A stretch of DNA of 64,000 nucleotides, taken from contig JAPDKB010000007.1 in the NCBI GenBank assembly GCA_029258795.1, positions 160,001-224,000 of the forward strand. Direction: 5' to 3'. This document shows, piece by piece, positions 1 to 9,032 of this stretch. The first letter of the stretch is position 1. Each line of letters opens with the position of its first letter. The position numbers and the translations under genes are program-made. The notes under the pieces are model-generated. The model saw nothing but the letters and a program-made list of their open reading frames with translations. It had not been told where the DNA came from and searched no databases. The DNA comes from an archaeon (GTDB taxonomy: Archaea; EX4484-52; WAPT01).

Positions 1-444
1 GTTACCAACGGCCAGTTTCCGGAACGGCTGGAAGGGCTGGAAGAGAAGCCCACGCAGCTCTACCTCTCGCTCGATGCTCCAAATCCAGAGATTTACAAGA
101 AGGTGGATTGCCCGACCTTTCCGGATTTCTGGGAGCGATTGATGAGAACTGTGGAGTTTCTGTCGGGTTATGAGGGTAGGAAGTGTGTGAGGCTGACCAT
201 GATAAAAGGATACAACACCTCAAACTGGGAGGAGTATGCAAAGCTGATAGAAAAAATAAATCCGCACTTTGTGGAAGTCAAAGCGTACATGTACCTCGGC
301 TTCTCGCGCTACCGGCTGAAGGAGGAGAACATGCCGTACCACCACGATATAATAGAGTACGCGTCAAAGCTCAACGAATACCTGAACTACAGGTGGGCCG
401 GAGAGGATGAGAGGAGCAGGGTTGTGTTGTTGAGCAGGGTGTGA
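1..444 (+). CDS. taw1: 4-demethylwyosine synthase Taw1/TYW1 (radical SAM), 3' part only
   Basis: Frame open from base 1: VTNGQFPE...PTQLYLSLDAP...RLTMIKGYN...FVEVKAYMYLGFSRYRL...NMP...SRVVLL, all typical TYW1 C-terminal motifs. Confidence 0.92.
   Translation, partial: VTNGQFPERLEGLEEKPTQLYLSLDAPNPEIYKKVDCPTFPDFWERLMRTVEFLSGYEGRKCVRLTMIKGYNTSNWEEYAKLIEKINPHFVEVKAYMYLGFSRYRLKEENMPYHHDIIEYASKLNEYLNYRWAGEDERSRVVLLSRV
391..444 (+). repeat. Copy 1 of duplicated taw1 3' end (in the gene)
   Basis: 392-425 matches 2052-2085 at 33/34 nt; encodes [17 protein letters not shown]. Confidence 0.9.
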
Positions 445-462
445 AGTTAGAGTTTAGCTTCA

Positions 463-507
463 ATTTATGTAACAAACATTAGTTTTTTTAAAACTTGTTA
501 CATAAAT
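463..507. promoter_or_regulatory. Perfect 13-bp inverted repeat flanking a TATA-like box; likely AbiEi operator/promoter
   Basis: ATTTATGTAACAA (463-475) / TTGTTACATAAAT (495-507), 19-bp spacer containing TTTTTTTAAAA, 7 nt before the ATG at 515. Confidence 0.7.
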
Positions 508-514
508 AACAAGC

Positions 515-1144
515 ATGAAAAAATTCACGAAATACGTACTCTCCGTATTTGGAGGAAGGGTTGTTACAAGGGAAGAAATGGAAAAGGCATGCAAAAGATT
601 CGGAGAAGATGCACGCAGGGCTATAAACTTCATGATATCCTACGGTTATCTGATAAGAATTCTCCGCGGACTCTACTACGTCAGAACCATTGAGGAATTC
701 AGCACGCGGAAAAGCATCGACACACTGAAACTAATCTCAATGGGAATGAAAAAGCTTGGAGTGAACTGGTACTTCGGATTGAACACGGCCTTGAGGTTGA
801 ACGGAGCCACGCACGAGTTCTTCCCCGTGATCCACGTGCTGAGCGATTCTATCTACAGACCCAAGATCGTGAAGATTAACGGAGAGGATGTTAAGTTCAT
901 AAAGCTGAAGAAAGAGCTCTTCGGTTTCGGGGTTGTTGAGAAGGATGGAGTGAGGTATTCGGATATGGAAAAGACCTTGCTTGATATGGTTTATCTTTCG
1001 AGATACCGATCAGTACCTGAGGAGAGGATAATTGCACTCCTGAAAGAGTACAGAAAAGAAGTGAAAAGGAAAAAGCTCGCGGAGTACCTTCGCCTCTATC
1101 CGAAGAGCGTGAGGAGAGTAGTTGAAAATGCCGGACTTGTCTGA
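515..1144 (+). CDS. AbiEi-type antitoxin / transcriptional regulator (type IV TA)
   Basis: N-terminal wHTH (GYLIRILRGLYY), WYFGLNTAL, YSDMEKTLLD motif; overlaps the downstream nucleotidyltransferase. Confidence 0.8.
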   Translation: MKKFTKYVLSVFGGRVVTREEMEKACKRFGEDARRAINFMISYGYLIRILRGLYYVRTIEEFSTRKSIDTLKLISMGMKKLGVNWYFGLNTALRLNGATHEFFPVIHVLSDSIYRPKIVKINGEDVKFIKLKKELFGFGVVEKDGVRYSDMEKTLLDMVYLSRYRSVPEERIIALLKEYRKEVKRKKLAEYLRLYPKSVRRVVENAGLV

Positions 1145-2039
1145 GTTCGTTGCCTTCGTGGCGGAGAAATCGGGGATTCGAAAACCTTCGCTGATTGAGA
1201 GGGACGTGATTATACACGGAATACTTAAAGAACTCAATTCAGCATTCGGCGATGCGTATCTCTTCAAGGGCGGAAGCTGTCTGGTGAAGTGCTACTTTGG
1301 CTATTACCGCTTCAGCGTTGATCTTGACTTCACGTGGAGGAGACAGGAGACATGGAAGAATCTGGGAAAGAAGGATCTGAGAAGGAAGCTTGTGGAGCAG
1401 GCTGAAAGATTCGGCTCGATTCTTGAAGGAATCGCACATGGCATGGAACTTGACTTCAGATGTGATTTGAAGAACAGAAATTATACGGAGTTCGGGAGCG
1501 GGAGCAGAATGGCTACTTTCAAACTCTGGAGGGGGAGCGAGATGGTCAAGATTCAGGTTAATTTTGTTGAGAAACTTCTCTTCCCTCCCGAGAATGCTGT
1601 TGCGAAAACTCTTCTCACAGGCAGAGAGATCGGCGATGAGGATAAAGCTTACTTCCGTGAATTTCTGGAATTCTACCAGCCTGTGAAAGTTTCTGCTTAC
1701 AGTATTGAGGAGATTCTGTGTGAGAAGATGCGTGCAATTCTAACGAGGCAGGCGATGAAGCTGAGAGATATATATGACGTGTTCATGATCTGGAAAGCCG
1801 GAGTGAGGATTGAGGAGCTGAAGGATGCGATTCTGGAAAAAATAAGGTTCGCGATGAGATTCAAAAAGTACAGGGATGCTCTTAAAGCCAGCATGGAGAC
1901 TCTCAACCTTGAAAGCATTCTCGAAGACCCTGCTGAGATGGAAATGTTTGTGGTGAAACCAACGGAAGAATTCTATTCCTTTGCAGGTGAGCTGGAGAGC
2001 TTCCTGAAAGAGGTTGCGCGTGAAGTTTCAACAAAGTGA
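1128..2039 (+). CDS. AbiEii/AbiGii family nucleotidyltransferase toxin (type IV TA)
   Basis: IERD, FKGGSCL...YYRFSVDLDF, EEILCEKMRAILTR, RDIYD motifs of DUF1814/AbiEii. Confidence 0.88.
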   Translation: MPDLSEFVAFVAEKSGIRKPSLIERDVIIHGILKELNSAFGDAYLFKGGSCLVKCYFGYYRFSVDLDFTWRRQETWKNLGKKDLRRKLVEQAERFGSILEGIAHGMELDFRCDLKNRNYTEFGSGSRMATFKLWRGSEMVKIQVNFVEKLLFPPENAVAKTLLTGREIGDEDKAYFREFLEFYQPVKVSAYSIEEILCEKMRAILTRQAMKLRDIYDVFMIWKAGVRIEELKDAILEKIRFAMRFKKYRDALKASMETLNLESILEDPAEMEMFVVKPTEEFYSFAGELESFLKEVAREVSTK

Positions 2040-2050
2040 AGTGAAAAATC

Positions 2051-2104
2051 CGGTGGGCCGGAGAGGATGGGAGGAGCAGGGTTGTTCTCCTCTCAAGAAT
2101 TTAA
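2051..2104 (+). repeat. Copy 2: displaced taw1 3' end fragment (gene-end duplication / att-like site)
   Basis: Reads [17 protein letters not shown] in frame with no start codon; overlaps the stop of the convergent trm56. Confidence 0.88.
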
Positions 2105-2623
2105 TTTAACAACCTTCTTTCCTTTTTTCTGCGGCACCACTTTGATCTTCGCGCCCTCGAAATCTTCCTTCAGTTTTCTGTCCATGAGCTCATACAGAAA
2201 GATGGCCAGAGCTCCCACTTCGCTGTGTGGCTGGTTGCCGATTGCAAGGTTGTAATCCGCCATTCCATAAATCCCGGCAGGAACTTTCTCGCTTCCTACT
2301 ATAACGCAGATGTCCCTGCTCTTAAACTTTCCCCTTATCTCCTTCATCCTTTCTTGGAACGGCACTCCATACATAGTAAGGTGAACCTTAATCCCATCAA
2401 ACTTCTCAAGCCACTTTTTCCAGTTCCTCTCATAGCTTATGAAGAAGGGCCCGCCCCACCTTTCAACAACATCCTCAACGCTTTTTTCCATCTTCTCGTC
2501 TTTCTCGCCAGAATAAACCACACCACTCGCCCCTAAAGCCCTTGCAACAAGAGCAACATGCGTGCTTATCCTTTTATCCCTCTCCTTTCTATGTCCCAGC
2601 CTTAAAACAAAAACCCGTGCCAT
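2093..2623 (-). CDS. trm56: tRNA (cytidine-56 2'-O)-methyltransferase aTrm56
   Basis: [48 protein letters not shown] (SPOUT). Confidence 0.95.
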   Translation of the reverse strand: MARVFVLRLGHRKERDKRISTHVALVARALGASGVVYSGEKDEKMEKSVEDVVERWGGPFFISYERNWKKWLEKFDGIKVHLTMYGVPFQERMKEIRGKFKSRDICVIVGSEKVPAGIYGMADYNLAIGNQPHSEVGALAIFLYELMDRKLKEDFEGAKIKVVPQKKGKKVVKLNS

Positions 2624-2629
2624 AATCCA

Positions 2630-3469
2630 TCAGCTTCTTATGACCGTGCCCAGCCCTACCTCTCCAAGCAGCGCGCGCCTCACATACCCTTCCCTGTTGC
2701 CGTTTATTATCTCGGCAACGATCCCTTCCAGCTCCATGAGTTCTTCGATCTTCCTGACCATGCCTCCAGTGACATCAAAATAGGAGGAGCCACCAAGCAC
2801 TTCAAGCACCTGTTTTAGGTTGTCGCGTGTTATCTCCTTTATGAGCTTTGCGTCCTTGCTCTTCTTCGGGTCTTTATCGTAGATACCATCAACATCACTT
2901 ACATGCACCAGCCTGTCTGGCTCGAGATGTTTTGCCAGATGCCTCATTATCTCATCTCCAGATAGTATGCCCCCTCCAAGTTTTTTATCGTAAGCTGGCA
3001 CGCCGTAAAGCACGGGAACAAGCCCCACGTGAAGCATACCCTCTATCGCTTTAACATCCATGTGCACGAGCTTCTCGTTTTCCAGCACGGCTGAAGCAGA
3101 GGCCTGCACGGGCACGGCAGGAACATGATAGTTCTGGAGCTCGGCACACACCTTAGCATTAAGCTCGTTCTGTAAGCGCTGAATCTCTGCAAATCCGAGC
3201 AACCTTCTTTCATACTCGTTCTCCTTCAGGATTTTATAAAGAGTGGCAAGCACATGACCGTAGCTTCCAGCACCATGAATCAGAATGAGTGCAAGGTCCT
3301 TCCTTTCACTCCATGCCTCACCTATCTCCTTGGCAAGTCTTTTCAGATTATCTTTGTTCAGAGTGGGCATCCACCTGTTCTTGTAGGTTATGATCGAGCC
3401 TCCAAGCTTCATGATGATGAACTCGTTAACCTCATGACCGTTAAGCCTGTGAAACCTCATCAGCACCAC
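2630..3469 (-). CDS. ipk: Isopentenyl phosphate kinase
   Basis: KLGGSIITYK, IHGAGSYGH, VPVLYG, SGDEI, DVTGGM; amino-acid-kinase fold in an MVA cluster. Confidence 0.9.
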   Translation of the reverse strand: MVLMRFHRLNGHEVNEFIIMKLGGSIITYKNRWMPTLNKDNLKRLAKEIGEAWSERKDLALILIHGAGSYGHVLATLYKILKENEYERRLLGFAEIQRLQNELNAKVCAELQNYHVPAVPVQASASAVLENEKLVHMDVKAIEGMLHVGLVPVLYGVPAYDKKLGGGILSGDEIMRHLAKHLEPDRLVHVSDVDGIYDKDPKKSKDAKLIKEITRDNLKQVLEVLGGSSYFDVTGGMVRKIEELMELEGIVAEIINGNREGYVRRALLGEVGLGTVIRS

Positions 3470-4038
3470 CTCTCGTATTCATAATCAACTCCAAGCAGAT
3501 CCATCACCTTTCCAACCAAATTTCTGATCATGACCCCAACATCTACCCTCCCATCTCTCTTTCCGTAAAAGCTCATCACCAGCGGCAGGATTATAGCACC
3601 TTCCTCGGCAAGCATGAGCATGTTGCGGAGATGTGCAGCTCTTAGCGGCGTTTCCCTCACGCACAATACCAGCTTCCTTTTTTCCTTCAGCGTGACGCTT
3701 GCTGCCCTTGCAAGCAGGTTAACCTCAAGCCCCGTCGCTATGGATGCAAGCGTCTTCATGCTGCACGGAACAACAACCATCCCGTCATGCTTGAATGTGC
3801 CCGACGCCACTGGGGCTTGCAACTCCTGCTCATCATAAACCCTGCATGCAAGCGATTTCAGCTCTTTGGCAAAGTTTTTTTCATCCATGCCAAGCTCGTG
3901 CTGAGCAACCCGGAAAGCTCCGCCTGTCGGAATGGCATGCACTTCCACACTGCATTTCTTCAGAGCTTTCAGCAGTTCAAGCGCTACGGGCAATCCTGAA
4001 GCACCGCTTATCCCGACAACGATCCTTTTCTCAGTCAT
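3460..4038 (-). CDS. ubiX: Flavin prenyltransferase UbiX
   Basis: VVGISGASG, APVASG, PCSMKTLASIA, RETPL motifs. Confidence 0.93.
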   Translation of the reverse strand: MTEKRIVVGISGASGLPVALELLKALKKCSVEVHAIPTGGAFRVAQHELGMDEKNFAKELKSLACRVYDEQELQAPVASGTFKHDGMVVVPCSMKTLASIATGLEVNLLARAASVTLKEKRKLVLCVRETPLRAAHLRNMLMLAEEGAIILPLVMSFYGKRDGRVDVGVMIRNLVGKVMDLLGVDYEYERWC

Positions 4039-4328
4039 ACTTCAGACCCTTGTGTTGTAAGGTATTTCCTCTCAAATTCTCTGTACATCGCATCTATGCT
4101 ATCTTTCCTCTCTATTCCGAGCATCTCTAGCACATTCACCAAGCTCTCACGAACATCACTAACTCCTGCGTCCAAACCAGCATGCCCGACACCGCTCTTC
4201 CTCCCCTTCACCAATCGATACAACTCCCTAACCTCTTCTACCACATACTTGCTAACCTTAACTCCATTCCATCCGTACTGGTGGTGCACTATGCACATTT
4301 CCCCCACCTCCCGAAACAACATCAGCAT
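4035..4328 (-). CDS. Small MazG-like (all-alpha NTP pyrophosphatase-like) hypothetical protein
   Basis: VVEEVRELY...GVSDVRESL...LGIE resembles the MazG EExxE...ExxD pattern with the second Glu absent; 4-nt overlap with ubiX. Confidence 0.45.
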   Translation of the reverse strand: MLMLFREVGEMCIVHHQYGWNGVKVSKYVVEEVRELYRLVKGRKSGVGHAGLDAGVSDVRESLVNVLEMLGIERKDSIDAMYREFERKYLTTQGSEV

Positions 4329-4337
4329 GCGCTACAA

Positions 4338-4754
4338 CTATTCAATCACTTCCACTATGCCTTTCGTGGCATCAACTCTCACACGCTTAGCATCCTTCAG
4401 CTCCTCAATCTTTATGCCGTCCACACAGGGAATGTCAGCGAGTATGCAACCCGTGGCCACTATTGTTTCAGTTTCCTCGTTTATTATTGCAAGGGGTGCA
4501 ACCCCATTCTTTTTTAGCCCGTAAATGACGTAAGAGCCAACAGTGCTCCCCTTTCCGTGAGGAAAAACCAGTATTTTGTTTGCCATGCTCTTTCCATACA
4601 ACTCATGATCCTTCTCCACCACAGTACCGCTGTTCAAATCCACGCTTCCAAAAAAGCTTATGGGCATGCTTGTGTAAAGAACCTCGCCTTCCGCCTTACC
4701 CTCCATAACGGGATTGCCCTTGAGAACCTTTTTGGCTGTTTTTTCATCAGTCAT
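4338..4754 (-). CDS. Phosphomevalonate dehydratase small subunit (AcnX swivel domain, DUF126)
   Basis: ISFFGSVD, GKGSTVGSY, ETIVATGCILADIP, VRVDATKG. Confidence 0.9.
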   Translation of the reverse strand: MTDEKTAKKVLKGNPVMEGKAEGEVLYTSMPISFFGSVDLNSGTVVEKDHELYGKSMANKILVFPHGKGSTVGSYVIYGLKKNGVAPLAIINEETETIVATGCILADIPCVDGIKIEELKDAKRVRVDATKGIVEVIE

Positions 4755-4763
4755 ATATCCACC

Positions 4764-5963
4764 TCATTCAGCAAACTTATCGATGATTCTGGAAATATCA
4801 TCGAAAAGCACCATCTGTTTGTTCGTGTTTGGCAAATAGAATGCTGCCTTGCCCGAATTAACGGCCACCTTCTTTATACCAAGCACGTCCAGGGGGGCAA
4901 CAACAGGGCATGTATCCTCTATGAGCTTTGCTCCTGCTTTTTCCAGCTCTTCACTAATGCCCGCTCGTTTTGCAATGCTCTTTACGGCCTGGGAAGTGAA
5001 TATCCACATCGGCACTTTCAGCTTCTTTCCTTTGAGAAGCTCACAAATCTCCCTGATCTCGTTGATGGATGCATGAGGACATCCTACGGCTATCAGCTCC
5101 ACATCCTCAAGCTCAGACGACATGGCTTCGTATGCTTCCTTCAACTCTTTTTCACCCACGTCAATCGTCTCCTCCACATTTTCAACATCCACACATCCTT
5201 TTCTCGCTTCAGGCGTTATCCCCTCAACATGAAAGAGCGCAACAGCCCCGTAAGCGGCAAGAGAAGCCCCCAAACTTTTGAGCTCGTCTATGCCTGCATG
5301 CTTTATGCCAGTGAAATATGGTACGCCCTTACCTTTGGCTTTACCCACCACACAGCCCAGCGCCCCATAATCCGAAATGCTTTTCAGTTCAGCATCCACC
5401 CTCACCACGAAATTCGGGTTTCTGTTTTCATCCAGATGGAAGCCATAATAAGGAGTCCTGCCTGTGATGGCTGCTGCAAGGGCTGACGGTCCTCCCTCTC
5501 TGTTGGTTCTCGCCCCAACAACGGAATTGGAAAATGCGACTGCAGAACTCTCGCTCCATGCTATGTGCTCACGAAATCTCGGAAGCATTCCCGCCAGATA
5601 TGGTGTGCAGGTGCTCGCCACAATAACGCCCATCTTCCTGAAAGCTTCAATAACCCTCTTCTGTTTTTCAGCAAAATCGGAAGGTATACCTATCTCTTCC
5701 CATCCTTCCATAGGCATGCCCGCGGGATTCATGAAGGATGTAACTTTAACTTTCGCGCCCTCGTTTGCAAATCCTTCAAGAAACTCAAGGCCGGGATCTC
5801 CTATGTTTTTGTAGGACACGCCTGCTATCTGCACAGATCTTACCTCAACCATCCTCTCTGCTCCGAACTTCTCCCCCAGTTTCACGAGCAGCTTCATGCA
5901 TCTTGCAACCACATTCCCATATTCTCCTTCAAGCATTCTCTCCTCTTCCTTGGTCAGATACAT
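4764..5963 (-). CDS. Phosphomevalonate dehydratase large subunit (aconitase X, DUF521)
   Basis: MYLTKEEERML.GE.G, GVSYKNIG, TCTPYL, AWSESSA, GARTNREG, GCPHAS, DTC, NSGKA. Confidence 0.92.
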   Translation of the reverse strand: MYLTKEEERMLEGEYGNVVARCMKLLVKLGEKFGAERMVEVRSVQIAGVSYKNIGDPGLEFLEGFANEGAKVKVTSFMNPAGMPMEGWEEIGIPSDFAEKQKRVIEAFRKMGVIVASTCTPYLAGMLPRFREHIAWSESSAVAFSNSVVGARTNREGGPSALAAAITGRTPYYGFHLDENRNPNFVVRVDAELKSISDYGALGCVVGKAKGKGVPYFTGIKHAGIDELKSLGASLAAYGAVALFHVEGITPEARKGCVDVENVEETIDVGEKELKEAYEAMSSELEDVELIAVGCPHASINEIREICELLKGKKLKVPMWIFTSQAVKSIAKRAGISEELEKAGAKLIEDTCPVVAPLDVLGIKKVAVNSGKAAFYLPNTNKQMVLFDDISRIIDKFAE

Positions 5964-5979
5964 GACAACCCACCACTCT

Positions 5980-6357
5980 TTATTTGTGCTCTCCCGCTTC
6001 TATCGCTTTAACCGTAGCAAGCAAAAGCTTGTCAGCGTTCTCAACCATGAGTTTGATTTCCTCTTCAGTCGCATCCTCAAGATGGATTCCACCCACACAC
6101 AACACAGGGGTGTTGAAGTGCTTTGCAAGCTCCTCAGCGAACTTTCTCACCACAACGTCATCCTTGTGTCCGGGCATGGTGTAAACGCACGAGGGAGTAG
6201 CTCTTATTTTACCATCGCCCTTATCGTAAGGTACGGCTATGCACACGCTCCCTATGTGCGGCTTATCTCCACCACCCACCAGCAGGATTAGGTCATCACC
6301 TACCGCACATATCTCCGCCCATACCTGATGTCTTCCCTCTCCCACACTTATTCTCAC
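5980..6357 (-). CDS. LpdD-like / PAC-fold small protein (candidate prenylated-FMN chaperone)
   Basis: GDDLILLVGGG.KPHIGSV, PGHKDD, GGIH pattern; lies between ubiD and acnX. Confidence 0.65.
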   Translation of the reverse strand: MRISVGEGRHQVWAEICAVGDDLILLVGGGDKPHIGSVCIAVPYDKGDGKIRATPSCVYTMPGHKDDVVVRKFAEELAKHFNTPVLCVGGIHLEDATEEEIKLMVENADKLLLATVKAIEAGEHK

Positions 6358-6384
6358 TTTGTCTCACCTCTTTCATGATTTTTA

Positions 6385-7671
6385 TCATGCTTTATCCTTG
6401 GATGTGACCTTCCTGAAGTTCTTCTCCTTACCCACGGGCATTGTGGCATCGATTATCCATTTGGTCGTTGTTTTCTTTTCATGGTTCTGGGAAGGGTCTA
6501 GGGAAGAGCCCTTACATTCGGGGATTATCACAACATCTTTATCTGCCTGCACCCTCGTCGCTATCGCCCACTCAACCTCTCGCTCATTCGTTATGTCTAT
6601 GTCGTCATCAACAACCACAACCCTCTTTAGGGATGGGTGTGCTGCCAGCGCTGCAAGCCCGACATTCTTGCCCTCTCCCTCAACCTTCTTTGTTATGGAC
6701 ACAACTGCATGAAGCCAGCAACCACCACCTTCCGTGAGCACCACGTTTTTAACTCGGGGCAGCGTGTTGGACACAATCTTAAATATGCGCGGCTCTTGCG
6801 GAATGCCCATCAGATAGCGGTGCTCCACTCCACCCGGCAGTATCGTGCGGTAGATGAAGTCATTTCTGTAGTACAGCTTCTCTATCTCCACCACCGGCTG
6901 CTTCCTTACTATATCCCAGGTGCCGGTGAGGTCAACAAACGGGCCTTCATCTGCAAGCTCGCTCTTTCGGACCACACCAACCATCACGATCTCTGCATGA
7001 GATGGTACGTGCAGCCCATCGAGATCAACGCAGCTCAACTTTCCATCGAGCAGCGAGTTGGCAAACTCCATCTCGTTGAAGCCGAAGACAAATGATGTAG
7101 CGGCAGCCACCTCAACTGCAGGATGCACTCCCATAAAAATTGCAATTCTGACATCACTCTTTGCTCTTTCAAGGATGGTGGAGAAGTGCCTTCCCGGTAT
7201 AATACGCATAACGAATCTGTTTTTACCAAGGTATTTCATGCGATGAAAGGAGTAGTTGAGCTTTCCAGTTTCCTCATCTCTAGCCACCACAATGCTGGAA
7301 GAGGTGTAGTGGGAGCCATCCCCCTCATAAAACTTGAGCAGAGGGATGTGCTTTATTATGTCTGGATTGTCCATCTCGTTCTCCATGAAGGGTGCTTTTT
7401 CCACCATTTTGTAGGGCTCGGGAGAATCCATACATTGCGTCATCCTTGCAATGATCTCGTTCCTGTTTTTGGCTCCTATGGCTTTGGCTATCACATCTCT
7501 GGAATTGAGGAGAGATGCAAGCACTGTGTTGTTGTAGTTCTTTGGTGAGGTGAAAAGCACCGCTTTTCCCTCTCGCTCCCCTTTCTCAATAAACGGAGTC
7601 ATCTCAAGCTCAGCAGATAAGTTGTCTTTAACCTCAACAATCTCTATTTCTTTCAGAAACTCTCGTAGCAT
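6385..7671 (-). CDS. ubiD: UbiD-family decarboxylase (anhydromevalonate phosphate decarboxylase)
   Basis: SFHRM, EGPFVDLTG, GGGCWLHAVVSI, AHPSLKRVVVVDDDID, VEWAIATR, GSSLDPS, IDAT. Confidence 0.92.
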   Translation of the reverse strand: MLREFLKEIEIVEVKDNLSAELEMTPFIEKGEREGKAVLFTSPKNYNNTVLASLLNSRDVIAKAIGAKNRNEIIARMTQCMDSPEPYKMVEKAPFMENEMDNPDIIKHIPLLKFYEGDGSHYTSSSIVVARDEETGKLNYSFHRMKYLGKNRFVMRIIPGRHFSTILERAKSDVRIAIFMGVHPAVEVAAATSFVFGFNEMEFANSLLDGKLSCVDLDGLHVPSHAEIVMVGVVRKSELADEGPFVDLTGTWDIVRKQPVVEIEKLYYRNDFIYRTILPGGVEHRYLMGIPQEPRIFKIVSNTLPRVKNVVLTEGGGCWLHAVVSITKKVEGEGKNVGLAALAAHPSLKRVVVVDDDIDITNEREVEWAIATRVQADKDVVIIPECKGSSLDPSQNHEKKTTTKWIIDATMPVGKEKNFRKVTSKDKA

Positions 7672-7747
7672 CCTATCACGCTCCTTTTTCGGAAGTTTTT
7701 AATTGAAAGTTTTAAAGTGTATGGTCTTTGCGCATTCCCTCATCGTT

Positions 7748-8818
7748 TTACGTCGAATCGGGAAGGGTGGTGACACCTTCCACACCCATATCAACAACAT
7801 AAACGCGGGCTGCACATTTTAACAGGGTGTCTCTCACCGCTTCAACAGTATAATCGTCTGCAAGCGCAATCATTATGCCTCCTCCTCCCCCGCCGGACGG
7901 CTTTGCACCGAGCGCTCCAGCAGACAGCGCTGCATTCATTAGCAACTTCAGTTTCTCCGTAACAATCGGCACGAAGTTTTCAAACACCCTGTATTTTTTA
8001 TTCAGAGCCATGCTAATTTCATCCAGCTTCTCGAGCAGCTGAGCGTTTCTGTTCATCAGCTCTCCTAAAGCTACAGCGTCCGCGTTTTTCAGGGCTGAAA
8101 CTCCCTCCTTCACCACACTTTCAATCTCATCAAACACCTCCTCGTATGGCTCTTCCTCCATCTCCCTCAGCTTCTTGATCTCTCCAACCGTGGTTGAAGT
8201 TCTTGCCCTTATCCCCGTATCTCCTATCACAAGGTGAAATACCACATCCCCTTCCACACGTTCCATATCTATCGGGAGCTCTCCAGAAGAGGAGTTGGGT
8301 TTTTTCCTCACAATATGTGTCCCGCCAAAGACGCTTGAAGCAAACTCAGCTCCGCTTGCCGCTCCACCATGAATCTTTTCCTGGAACGGGAGCAGTATTT
8401 CGAGATATCTTTCCTTCGAGATACCCCATCCGTACAGTTCGTTGAGCGCATGAAAGAAAGAAGATAGGAAAGCTGTTGAGCTGCTCAGGCCGCCGGTTGT
8501 GTGAGGAATATCGCTTCTCACGTCTATTCGCACACCATCATCCATACCGTAATGCTCATAACACTCCTCAAGCAACTCCTTGGCAGGCTGGAGCTCTTCC
8601 CCACATATGGAAAATTCAAGCCCATAATCAGTGATTCTTCCGGCAAGATTACCATAACCTGCTGATCCCACAACCACGCTGGTGCTCATGCTTTTCTGAG
8701 CGGTGGTGTATGTTCTCATGCTCACAGCGGTTACTATGGCGGGTCTGTGGTAAACCACAGCATGCTCCCCCATGAAAAAAACGTTGCCCGGAGCGGAAGC
8801 AACGACCTTATCAGGCAT
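7748..8818 (-). CDS. mvk: Mevalonate kinase (GHMP kinase), atypical active-site residues
   Basis: SAPG.V...GEHAVVY, GGLSSSTA ATP loop, IHG..SG, GALGAKPSGGGGGG; heads the MVA operon. Confidence 0.8.
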   Translation of the reverse strand: MPDKVVASAPGNVFFMGEHAVVYHRPAIVTAVSMRTYTTAQKSMSTSVVVGSAGYGNLAGRITDYGLEFSICGEELQPAKELLEECYEHYGMDDGVRIDVRSDIPHTTGGLSSSTAFLSSFFHALNELYGWGISKERYLEILLPFQEKIHGGAASGAEFASSVFGGTHIVRKKPNSSSGELPIDMERVEGDVVFHLVIGDTGIRARTSTTVGEIKKLREMEEEPYEEVFDEIESVVKEGVSALKNADAVALGELMNRNAQLLEKLDEISMALNKKYRVFENFVPIVTEKLKLLMNAALSAGALGAKPSGGGGGGIMIALADDYTVEAVRDTLLKCAARVYVVDMGVEGVTTLPDST

Positions 8819-8835
8819 GCAATCAACACCTTTCG

Positions 8836-8938
8836 ATTCGTCATTCGATGAATAAAGTATATTGAGCTTGCAAAAAATTTAAATACTCCTTATTATTAAT
8901 ACTTATTGTCGTAAAAGTAATTCGTCAATTGACTGAAT
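8836..8938. promoter_or_regulatory. Divergent promoter region with two related imperfect palindromes
   Basis: ATTCGTCATTCGATGAAT (8836-8853) and ATTCGTCAATTGACTGAAT (8920-8938), with a TTTAAATA box between them. Confidence 0.4.
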
Positions 8939-8948
8939 AGGTGGTGGG

Positions 8949-9032
8949 ATGAAGGTAAAGATGGCTGAAGTGAACTTTTGGGGCATCAAGATTGTGAGAG
9001 TAAAGCACAGAAAAAATACCAATCATATATGA
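8949..9032 (+). CDS. Possible 27-aa small ORF upstream of hmgA
   Basis: MKVKMAEVNFWGIKIVRVKHRKNTNHI*, preceded by GGTGGTGGG RBS-like tract. Confidence 0.3.
   Translation: MKVKMAEVNFWGIKIVRVKHRKNTNHI

Noticed and set aside
3460-7671. ubiD/ubiX as ubiquinone synthesis or aromatic-acid decarboxylation genes
   Set aside because: Context with acnX, mvk and ipk fits the modified mevalonate pathway better
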